Notes: a model not told the origin generated them from the sequence alone. Shown: positions 8,356 through 16,038, counted from the stretch's first letter. The stretch: 26,516 nucleotides of DNA from Oscillospiraceae bacterium (GCA_045611725.1 JAZKXQ010000208.1:1-26516); one strand, 5' to 3'. Numbers and translations are program-made.

Positions 8356-10450
8356 ATTATATTACTCCTTATAAATCGAAATAAATTGTGGCACTTGAAG
8401 CTCCCCACCTTGAGGAATAGAAATCAAGCCCTTCTATAACTGAACGTGCGTCTGCTCTGAAGTGAATAGCTGTTATATTTGTATACATAAACATATCAGT
8501 AAAAGCATTTGAATTTGATACTGTTGTAAGAGCAGGGAAAGAAATAGTTGTAATATATGAACAATTATACATCATTTCTTTACATGCATAACTTCCAGAT
8601 ATTGATGATAAGTTTGTAAATGTTATACTTCTTACAGCTTGAGATTGATAAAACATACCTTCACAAGCAGATGTACCATTTATACTTGTAAGACTTGATA
8701 AATCTACTGTTATAGTGCCTGTTGATTGATATTGGTTTCTTGCGTCTATATTATCAAAAGCATGATAACAAGCCCTTGCACCATTTATTGCAGTAAGATC
8801 AGGGAAACTTATCGTAGATTGATTTTCAAAAGCTTTATGACAAAATGCATATGATAAACCAGAAGCCCCAATTGTTTCAACATCTGTAAAAGTAATTGAT
8901 GGAAGCTTATTTACAGGTATTATTGCACCATTATTATCTACACCACCAATGAAATTATCCAGTGTAGCTCCATATCTTCCACTTACACCATTATCTTTCA
9001 AAAATGCTGGAACTGCTTGATTTGGGTTTGTTCCTATTACAAATTTGGCCATTATTCGTTTGCCCCCCATTCTTTAAAGGTTACTACTGTAGAAATACCC
9101 CAAGCAAGATCTGTACCATCATTTGTCAAGAATTTACCAGCTTGGCCAGATGTTGATGGTATTGTACTTCCTCCAGCATCCAAGGCTATTGTGTCTCCTG
9201 TGGATTGATTCAAAGTAAATGAACCTTTGGTAACACCGCCCTGAGTAATGGTTATTGTTGGGTTATATACTGATGGGATCGTTGGCTTATTACTCAAATC
9301 ATTATAAGACCCAGTTGTAGCTACAGTTGATAATGTAGGCTTATTGAGAATCTGTGCTACGCCACTATTTGCATTCCAGTCGGCATTTACTTGTGCTGCA
9401 GGTATGGTAGGTTTGTTTGATAAGTCATTATATGATCCTGTAGTAGCAACAGTAGCCAAACCAGAAGTAGGAGTATAATCATTTGCATCTTCTGCAGCCA
9501 TAGTTCCCAAGGTTGGCTTATTCAATATTTCAGATAAACCAGATGTAGAATTCCAATCAGCGTTTACTTGACCTGTTGCTGAAATTACTGGGTTTGCTGG
9601 ATTTGTTTTGTCTATTGTGATATTTGATCCTTGAGTAATATCAGATAAAATACCCAAATCTGCAGAAGTCTTATTACCAGAAAGCGTTACAGAATTGATT
9701 GAAGGCTTATTTGATAATGTTGAATAATCTGAAATCCCTGGTTGTACACTTGTTTGAGACCATGAATATACACCACCTTCTTCTATACACTTATAAAAAT
9801 ATCCATTGGTGTATGTTGAATCTGTGACCCCTTTGTATTGTACTATCTGATCTGCATGAGAAATATCTGCTGTTGGCATTGTAACATACTGAGGCACAAA
9901 ATCACCAATCAAACCACCTGCATCCAAAGCAATAGTATCTCCAGAAGCTTGGTTCAAAGAGAAAGATCCTTTTGTTACACCACCTTGAGTAATTACGATG
10001 GTTGGATCATTTACTGTTGGTATGGTTGGGGTTCCAGTAAGATCAGAATAAGCACCTGTAGTAGCAACTGTCGCAAGAGAACTTTGATCAGCTGGTGTAT
10101 AACCCAAAGCACTTGTTACATCTGATGAATTGATCCCTGTAATATATCCAGCATCATTTGTAAAAGCACTTATATTGGTTGGGACTACTGGAATTGTTGG
10201 TTTGTTACTTAAATCATTATAATTGCCTGTTGTTGCCACTGTAGATAAATCAGATGGGTCAACAGGAGTATAACCAAGAGCAGATGTAACGTCAGAAGAA
10301 TTGATACCAGTAATAAAGCCTGAATCATTTGTAAGATCAGAAATGTTATCACCAGGCTGCAAAGCTGTGTCGGCAAGAGCCCCTTGAGCATCTGTAGCAA
10401 GTCCCAAATCAGATGAGGTTTTATTTCCAGATAAGGTAGTTCCGTTTATC
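6830..10450 (-). repeat. Protein-level repeat modules shared by the two tail fibre genes
   Basis: Multiple DWN...ILNKP and LATVAT(T/S)G.Y.DL..KP units; three TITQGGVTKGSF(T/S)LNQ..GDTIALDAGG modules; two (I/L)LxDITQGSNI.IDKTNPANPVISATGQ modules. Confidence 0.85.
8369..9052 (-). CDS. Leucine-rich-repeat / beta-solenoid protein (BspA-like), tail-associated
   Basis: About 26-aa repeats ISFPDLTAINGARACYHAF, VDLSSLTSINGTSACEGMF, ITFTNLSSISGSYACKEMM, ISFPALTTVSNSNAFTDMF. Start moved to ATG at 9052 (TAATG overlap with the upstream stop). Confidence 0.6.
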   Translation of the reverse strand: MAKFVIGTNPNQAVPAFLKDNGVSGRYGATLDNFIGGVDNNGAIIPVNKLPSITFTDVETIGASGLSYAFCHKAFENQSTISFPDLTAINGARACYHAFDNIDARNQYQSTGTITVDLSSLTSINGTSACEGMFYQSQAVRSITFTNLSSISGSYACKEMMYNCSYITTISFPALTTVSNSNAFTDMFMYTNITAIHFRADARSVIEGLDFYSSRWGASSATIYFDL

Positions 10451-10704
10451 TGAGGCTTATTAAGCAACTCATTATAATTATTTGTACCACCTCCACCTCC
10501 CCCAGCAATAGTAGGAAGATCAACATATCTATTTATACCATCACCTACTTTCAAAGTGTTCGTATCTGATGTATATACAATTTCACCTTTATCAGGAACT
10601 GGGTTTGTATCTATCCAGTCCTGTTCTATAGCATTACGAACAACCCCACGTATCTTTTGTTTTTTTGGGGTGGTGGTTATTGAATTTACGATAGAAGAAG
10701 TCAT
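9052..10704 (-). CDS. Tail fibre protein with Mtd_N-like N-terminal domain
   Basis: N-terminal DWIDTNPVPDKGEIVYTSDTNTLKVGDGINRYVDLPTI resembles the major-tropism-determinant N-terminal motif; the rest is the same repeat set as 6253-8355. Confidence 0.75.
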   Translation of the reverse strand: MTSSIVNSITTTPKKQKIRGVVRNAIEQDWIDTNPVPDKGEIVYTSDTNTLKVGDGINRYVDLPTIAGGGGGGTNNYNELLNKPQINGTTLSGNKTSSDLGLATDAQGALADTALQPGDNISDLTNDSGFITGINSSDVTSALGYTPVDPSDLSTVATTGNYNDLSNKPTIPVVPTNISAFTNDAGYITGINSSDVTSALGYTPADQSSLATVATTGAYSDLTGTPTIPTVNDPTIVITQGGVTKGSFSLNQASGDTIALDAGGLIGDFVPQYVTMPTADISHADQIVQYKGVTDSTYTNGYFYKCIEEGGVYSWSQTSVQPGISDYSTLSNKPSINSVTLSGNKTSADLGILSDITQGSNITIDKTNPANPVISATGQVNADWNSTSGLSEILNKPTLGTMAAEDANDYTPTSGLATVATTGSYNDLSNKPTIPAAQVNADWNANSGVAQILNKPTLSTVATTGSYNDLSNKPTIPSVYNPTITITQGGVTKGSFTLNQSTGDTIALDAGGSTIPSTSGQAGKFLTNDGTDLAWGISTVVTFKEWGANE

Positions 10705-10728
10705 ATTTTCAACCTATTTTCTTTATAA

Positions 10729-10758
10729 CTTTACATCTATTAAGTATTCTTTTTTTTC
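10729..10758 (-). promoter_or_regulatory. Candidate phage late promoter L3
   Basis: Minus strand GAAAAAAAAGAATACTTAATAGATGTAAAG; overlaps the stop codon of the sigma-like gene and precedes the tail-fibre block. Confidence 0.62.
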
Positions 10759-11141
10759 TTCCATTTGTGGATAAACTTATCTTGGTAGTCTTTTTTATCA
10801 TCTTCAGTCATCCAGTCTCCATCACAATTTCCGACTGAATAATTGAAAAATAACTCTTCTCTCCTGAGTTGTCTGTCTCTCGTTACCTTTTTGATAATAT
10901 CTCTCCCAATAACAAGCTTCCAAAAACCAACACAATCTTTATGGTTCAAATCATATTGCTTATATTTTTCCAAACACTTCAGTAAAATATCTTGTATTAA
11001 ATCTTCTTTATTTACATATGACGCATTCTTACGATAAACAAAATCACGTATAATCAATAAGAAATACATACATAATTGTTTTGTTGGTTCTTTTTGAGAC
11101 AATTTCAATTCAGCCAAAAATGAGTTGTTATCTATATACAT
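10740..11141 (-). CDS. T4 gp55-like (sigma70 region 2-only) late transcription factor, putative
   Basis: Start moved to ATG at 11141 (TAA-A-ATG coupling), 133 aa. YIDNNSFLAELK...YFLLII...NASYVNKEDLIQDILLKCLEKYKQYD...GFWKLVI follows the gp55-family pattern as I recall it (YV.NK.FL..., F..IA, NF.NY.Y.EDMI.D....C......FD, AYFT.II). Confidence 0.55.
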   Translation of the reverse strand: MYIDNNSFLAELKLSQKEPTKQLCMYFLLIIRDFVYRKNASYVNKEDLIQDILLKCLEKYKQYDLNHKDCVGFWKLVIGRDIIKKVTRDRQLRREELFFNYSVGNCDGDWMTEDDKKDYQDKFIHKWKKKKNT

Positions 11142-11142
11142 T

Positions 11143-11502
11143 TTAATTATTTGCGTCTTCTTGTGGTATTTGTACAATAGTCATCGAGTCTTCGTGCTCG
11201 ACTTTTTTTGGTCCATTACGGTATTCATCAATCAAATCAAACTTTCTTTTTTCGTTATCAGCCTTCAGCATTTCTACTTTTTGCTTCTTCAATCCGATAG
11301 AGATCTTTCCAATTGTTTCGAGGGTTTGTACTCGAAGTTCAAGATCCATATTATTAATATTGTTATGTAAAGACTGTGTAAGCTCTACAATCAAGCAATC
11401 TATATCTCTTTCTACATTATCAGCATTCTTCACTTTTCTATTGGTGTGAAGCTCTTTTATGTAGTCCTTAATATCCTTCTTGACTATTGGTTTTTTGCTC
11501 AT
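11143..11502 (-). CDS. Terminase small subunit candidate
   Basis: 119 aa, helical with a coiled-coil segment and C-terminal KVEHEDSMTIVQIP strand as in many TerS; adjacent to TerL but downstream of it. Confidence 0.42.
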   Translation of the reverse strand: MSKKPIVKKDIKDYIKELHTNRKVKNADNVERDIDCLIVELTQSLHNNINNMDLELRVQTLETIGKISIGLKKQKVEMLKADNEKRKFDLIDEYRNGPKKVEHEDSMTIVQIPQEDANN

Positions 11503-11503
11503 T

Positions 11504-13000
11504 TTATCTTCTTCTTGTTCTTGTAAGATCTATTCCAGGATCAAGTACTCTATCCAAATCATGTTCAATTTCTGTTTGGATAAGTCTTTGTTGTTCTCTA
11601 TAAATTCTCTTGTTCCGTTCTTCTTCTGTTTCAAATCTCTCAGACTCCATAGCGTTTTTCATACCAGTAATTGAATAAATAAAGGCTGATGTCATGTGAG
11701 AGAATTCATCGTGCTTCAATTTTTCACTCTTCCAAACACTATTTATTGGGTCATAGTCATAAATAGACGAGTTTAAGCACTCGATGAGTCTATGAGTAGT
11801 ATCTTTGTTGAAATAGCAATTCTTCAGTTCAGATCGTGCTATATCAATTTGTTCGTTTTGTTTCAATCTTGGGGCTATCCAGACTTGAAATCCGTCCTTT
11901 TCTGCTTGTGCTCTTCTTGTAATTCCCATAGACCATTCAGTGTTATCACCATCATGAGGAAACACCAAACGTCTGATTTGAGGGTAATTTCTTCTCAACC
12001 AATCCCTATAGAAAGGCCAGGATTCCATACTTCTTTCATAACAATCTACAAATCTCCAACGATTATTATAGTATTGATAAACAGTAATAGCAGTCGAGTC
12101 ATAGTGCCCGATGTCAAATGCAGCAAAAGTCTCAAACTGAGGTACTACTTCATATTTTCCTACATGTTCTGGGTATTTATTGAGTTCAGGACCAAAGATC
12201 GAGCCCCTTACCTCGTTGCCATATTGACCAAATAAGAAGCGTTGTTGGTCTGATTTTGGAAGCTTCATAAGGACTTTCTCTATATAATCCTCTTCAATAT
12301 TTTCTATGTTATCAATTGGATTAAGAGTAACAGCTATCATTTCTTTTGGATCAAGCTTTATTTCAGGATCGAGGGGGTTTATATGTTCATGGTATTCTTT
12401 ATAAGTCCAGTGAGATTTGGTGGTAGGATTCAGAACATCAATCTCCATCAACTTACAGAATTTATCTTCTTTATAGTGTTTTACCTTTTGAGCAAGACGT
12501 GTACGAAGCTTCTGGACTGATAAGAAGTTGATTTCACTACATTCATCAAAGAAAAGAGTAGCAAATTCAGTACCCAAAAGTCTTTCTACGTCTTTTTCAT
12601 TACCAATACCACGGAAGATTATTTGAGAACCATTGGGAAGAGTAAAGATAGATTCCCCCCAATTCATCCCATTTCCCATCCAAGCTTTATAAAGAGCAGG
12701 ATATTTGATTTGAAGGACTTTTGGGAAGGTATCACGTATAATAGCTGTTTTCAGAGAATTGAATGTTTGACGGGCTATAAGATGACGAGAACCAGGATAA
12801 AGAACAGCTCTGGACACTACCTTATCAACACTACGAAATGATTTACTGCTACGAGATCCACCCACCAATAAGACTTTCAAAATAGCAGAGTTTTGGTAAA
12901 AGGCTTCATTAAGAGCTTTTACTCGATCTTTTTTACTGTCGAGTTGCTCTTGTGTTATAACACCCTTATCCAGTAATCTACTTATAACATCTGCAATCAT
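11504..13000 (-). CDS. terL: Terminase large subunit
   Basis: Walker A-like GGSRSSKS, Walker B FFDECSE, motif LNP, nuclease motif AAFDIGHYDSTAI, and FPHDG; 498 aa. Confidence 0.92.
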   Translation of the reverse strand: MIADVISRLLDKGVITQEQLDSKKDRVKALNEAFYQNSAILKVLLVGGSRSSKSFRSVDKVVSRAVLYPGSRHLIARQTFNSLKTAIIRDTFPKVLQIKYPALYKAWMGNGMNWGESIFTLPNGSQIIFRGIGNEKDVERLLGTEFATLFFDECSEINFLSVQKLRTRLAQKVKHYKEDKFCKLMEIDVLNPTTKSHWTYKEYHEHINPLDPEIKLDPKEMIAVTLNPIDNIENIEEDYIEKVLMKLPKSDQQRFLFGQYGNEVRGSIFGPELNKYPEHVGKYEVVPQFETFAAFDIGHYDSTAITVYQYYNNRWRFVDCYERSMESWPFYRDWLRRNYPQIRRLVFPHDGDNTEWSMGITRRAQAEKDGFQVWIAPRLKQNEQIDIARSELKNCYFNKDTTHRLIECLNSSIYDYDPINSVWKSEKLKHDEFSHMTSAFIYSITGMKNAMESERFETEEERNKRIYREQQRLIQTEIEHDLDRVLDPGIDLTRTRRR

Positions 13001-13419
13001 AAATATTCAGCCCACTTCGAGGTATAGTACTCGTCTGCGGTCATAGAATAAATGTATAAATAACTTGGATCTTGACGTAAAACACCAGTAAAAAGAAAAC
13101 CAAGCCCTTCTGTAAACCTGACAGACTGAAAGTTATCTATCTCTATAAACACATTACAAATAGAAGCCTTTTGAAAAACATAATTGAGTACTTGGGAAAT
13201 AAATTCTGGATTACAACATGTACGATCTTTTACAATATGATCCATAATTGCAGTATCATCATTTATTTCAACCAAAGCCCAGTATCTTTTATGGTCTGTA
13301 AGTATTTGTTTATCCGAAGAAATAATAAGATGAGGAAGAGACTTTTTTATTACTTCAGCCTCTTCATCAAAACCTTTCATACCATAAGTCAAAACATCAA
13401 ATAAAGGCTTTCTCAACAT
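12997..13419 (-). CDS. GNAT-family acetyltransferase
   Basis: C-terminal N..S.RF.E.LGF...G.LRQ......YSM motif of RimJ/RimL-like GNATs, common in podovirus tail modules; ATGA overlap with terL. Confidence 0.7.
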   Translation of the reverse strand: MLRKPLFDVLTYGMKGFDEEAEVIKKSLPHLIISSDKQILTDHKRYWALVEINDDTAIMDHIVKDRTCCNPEFISQVLNYVFQKASICNVFIEIDNFQSVRFTEGLGFLFTGVLRQDPSYLYIYSMTADEYYTSKWAEYL

Positions 13420-13420
13420 C

Positions 13421-14710
13421 TTACTTCTCCACAGATATATAATCCTTTTGAGAGTTCAGGATCAGGGAAGCTACTTCAAATGCGTTTTTGATTTGAGACT
13501 TAATACAAGCTGCAGAATCAATAATAGTGTCATCTGGTATAATCCTTCCTACCTTTCTCCAAACTGATGAGAAGATTTTACGGTATTTCCATGGTAGTTC
13601 TTTGGATATTCTGTATAATTCATAACCTGCACCTGGAACATATCCTTCTCTGAGGGCTGATAAAGTGGAAAGAATAGTATCTTCAACATGATCTTTCTTT
13701 TCCGACAAACCAGCTACAGAATCAGAACCAACCTTTATTTTGCAGATCTTACTTTCAAACCGTGCAACTCTTTCCTTCACTTGGTTCTTTTCTTCCCCAG
13801 AGTTTTTGTCAGACTTCTTCAATCTTTGGATATAGGCTGATAATTCTTTGGTCTTTTTGAATTCAATCAATGTAGCGTGTCTTCTGATGTCAATTTTGGT
13901 TACACAAGAAGATAGAGTCTGTAGATCCAAGAACAAATCAGCTTTTTTATTTTGAGGGAAGTATGTAGTATCAATATGTACATAGGAGCCAATTCCCTTC
14001 AGTTGATTTTGTTTCATGGCATCTACACACTCTTCGGAGCAACTCCCAATCACCACCAAAGGTTTATGTTGTTGTGCTGCTTGAGAGGCTGGGATAGACA
14101 ATTCAGATAATGTAATTTGATCCTTAATAAAGAAAACTGGATCAGAAAAAACACAAGACCCAGTAGCTGTATTTGCAAAGAAAGGATCAGACATACCCAA
14201 ATTCAAATAGTAGCCTGTCAATTGTTCATATTCAATCCCTGCGTCAAACTTCTCTTCAATAATATAATGCCCATCCACACCATTATGTTTTATAGCTTCT
14301 GTAATAGGTTCAGCAATCTCTCTATCTGAATTGGCAGGAATCATAGCTACGTTAAATAAGTCTTTTTCAACATCTACAGGCATTTTTTCAGCATCAATAG
14401 TAGCAGTAATCCAACCAATAAGATCTTTCAGTTTTGGTAAATCTTTTCTATCAAGTCTTTTTACCATCTCAGAAGCCAAAAGCATAACAGATGTACTACT
14501 ATCACCTGTTTCTTCTACTTGTTTCTTACTGGCCTGACGTAAAAGTTTGAACATGTGCGTTGGGTCTTGGATTTTATAAGCAACAGAGAAACCGTCTTTT
14601 GTGCAGACAGCTTCATTGTTTTTATAGTCAATAGTTACAAGTCTTCCTTTTGGCCCAAGAGTCCCTACAACCAAATCTACCTGTTTTTGAGTTTTCTTAT
14701 CAATTTTCAT
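13421..14710 (-). CDS. groEL: Compact GroEL-like (group I) chaperonin
   Basis: TLGPKG, TKDG.SVA, GDSSTS (for GDGTTT), ANSD, KPLVVI, ERVAR, IKVG, EKKDHVEDT...EGYVPGAG, IIDS; 429 aa versus about 545 for bacterial GroEL. Confidence 0.9.
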   Translation of the reverse strand: MKIDKKTQKQVDLVVGTLGPKGRLVTIDYKNNEAVCTKDGFSVAYKIQDPTHMFKLLRQASKKQVEETGDSSTSVMLLASEMVKRLDRKDLPKLKDLIGWITATIDAEKMPVDVEKDLFNVAMIPANSDREIAEPITEAIKHNGVDGHYIIEEKFDAGIEYEQLTGYYLNLGMSDPFFANTATGSCVFSDPVFFIKDQITLSELSIPASQAAQQHKPLVVIGSCSEECVDAMKQNQLKGIGSYVHIDTTYFPQNKKADLFLDLQTLSSCVTKIDIRRHATLIEFKKTKELSAYIQRLKKSDKNSGEEKNQVKERVARFESKICKIKVGSDSVAGLSEKKDHVEDTILSTLSALREGYVPGAGYELYRISKELPWKYRKIFSSVWRKVGRIIPDDTIIDSAACIKSQIKNAFEVASLILNSQKDYISVEK

Positions 14711-14721
14711 ATCTTTCCTTC

Positions 14722-15279
14722 TTATTTGTTATCCAGTAATTGTTTCAAAAGTCCAGTCAAATCAGCCACTTGTTGTTCCAAAGTTTCAATCTTTTGTTGT
14801 TCTGGAGTCTTTTGTTTTTCTTTATCCTTCCAAACCCTTCCCAATAATTTACATGTATCATCGGGAGAAATTTCAACAGCAAAATCATAAATCAACTGTT
14901 CTTCATCAAATTGAATATCATCTGGAAAACCTGGTCGAAACATTCTGTACATTTGGTTGAATTTTTCTTTCCAGGGGTATAATTCTGATAATTCGCTTGG
15001 TTCATATTGTTTATTTTGAAAGTCTGAAAAAGTGAAGTTACGTTCAAAATCTTCATATGAGTCCTGATAGTAGATTTTATGGCCTGGTTTAAGTCTTGTA
15101 AGAGTCAGTTCACCAGTATTGATTTCCATAAAAGGTACAAGCTCATATAAGTGTTTTTTTGCCTTCAGTGATCCAGTCTTATTATAGCATAAACGAAAGA
15201 CCAATCTATGAGGCATTTGAGATCTGAACTGAGACCTTTTTTCATAATCCATATCATCTTTATAATCAAATTCTGCCAT
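14722..15279 (-). CDS. Conserved-type hypothetical phage protein with C-terminal coiled coil
   Basis: 185 aa; TAATG coupling to groES; C-terminal IETLEQQVADLTGLLKQL coil; resembles from memory proteins normally encoded just after the capsid gene. Confidence 0.65.
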   Translation of the reverse strand: MAEFDYKDDMDYEKRSQFRSQMPHRLVFRLCYNKTGSLKAKKHLYELVPFMEINTGELTLTRLKPGHKIYYQDSYEDFERNFTFSDFQNKQYEPSELSELYPWKEKFNQMYRMFRPGFPDDIQFDEEQLIYDFAVEISPDDTCKLLGRVWKDKEKQKTPEQQKIETLEQQVADLTGLLKQLLDNK

Positions 15280-15518
15280 TATTTATCATCTCCATCTTCT
15301 ACAAACAAAGCATCTTCACCAAAAATATAACTATACCGAGTGTCGATTTTGCGGTTGTTTCCTTTATAAAAATAGACAATACAACCCTCTTGAATATAAT
15401 CAGGCACTTCTACACCAGTTTTTATCACTGTACCTTTGGATAATTCAGATACAGAGAAGTTATTTTGGTCTGCATGTTCTTCAATAATAATAATATCGTG
15501 TAAAGGTATTAAATTCAT
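15279..15518 (-). CDS. groES: GroES-like co-chaperonin
   Basis: MNLIPLHDIIII matches GroES N-terminal M.I.PLHD.V.V; then KGTVIKTG and IQEG.IVYF; 79 aa; one gene upstream of groEL. Confidence 0.75.
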   Translation of the reverse strand: MNLIPLHDIIIIEEHADQNNFSVSELSKGTVIKTGVEVPDYIQEGCIVYFYKGNNRKIDTRYSYIFGEDALFVEDGDDK

Positions 15519-15533
15519 ATGTTTTCCTTCTTG

Positions 15534-15863
15534 TTAAAATGTTCTTGTTGATTCAAGTTTTGTAAGTTGCTTGATTTTCTTTTCTTTATTTCTTATACCA
15601 CGGAGATTTATATTTGATTTTACAGATCTATCTTTTTTACGTCTTGATAAATTGAGTGTTGAATTATTAAGTCTTCTTATAGTCTTTTTCGCTTCTTCAA
15701 ATTCTTCCTTCTCTTGTCTTTCTCTTGTAATCTTTTCTTTCTTTTCCAATTCTTCTACTGATTCTGTAACGTTTCTTTTATTGTTCTTTTCCATCCAGTT
15801 TTGAAGTTCTTGTTCGTTATTTATACTTGTTCCGTCATATGTTGTAAAAGGATCAAAACTCAT
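15534..15863 (-). CDS. Hypothetical protein with basic C-terminus
   Basis: Start moved to ATG at 15863 (RBS AAAGAGGAAAG). FTTYDGTSINNEQELQNWMEKNN resembles small proteins usually found near portal or scaffold genes. Confidence 0.65.
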   Translation of the reverse strand: MSFDPFTTYDGTSINNEQELQNWMEKNNKRNVTESVEELEKKEKITRERQEKEEFEEAKKTIRRLNNSTLNLSRRKKDRSVKSNINLRGIRNKEKKIKQLTKLESTRTF

Positions 15864-15880
15864 TATTCTTTCCTCTTTGT

Positions 15881-16038
15881 GTTGGGGCAGGCCGGACGAA
15901 CTTACTCGCATATCCCCGCTTTCTGTATCCAACCCAAATCAAAAAGGTTGATCCTTCCTGTTGGCGGCCTGATAAACTTTGTGAGAGCTGGAAAAGGTAT
16001 TATCAAAATGGCTTAAAAGTTCGAAAAACCAGCTCTCA
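15881..16038 (-). ncRNA. Candidate structured RNA or 5' leader (unknown class)
   Basis: GC-enriched intergenic stretch with a 10-bp stem TGAGAGCTGG/CCAGCTCTCA (16038-15982) and a 7-bp stem CAGGCCG/CGGCCTG (15971-15888) enclosing further short helices. Confidence 0.4.

Noticed and set aside
6253-10704. CRISPR array or diversity-generating retroelement in the repeat-rich region
   Set aside because: The repeats are in-frame protein repeats with synonymous divergence. There is no reverse transcriptase, no TR/VR pair differing only at adenines, and no repeat-spacer periodicity.
12850-12880. TerL Walker A reading GGSRSSKS instead of G-K-T
   Set aside because: SSK(S/T) variants are common in active terminases, so this is not evidence of inactivation.
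15881-16038. tRNA or Y-RNA-like call (GTTCG motifs) and hammerhead-like GGACGAA / CTGATAA
   Set aside because: No cloverleaf can be built, and the hammerhead core (CUGANGA...GAAA) is incomplete and overlaps a stem arm. Kept only as an unknown structured RNA.
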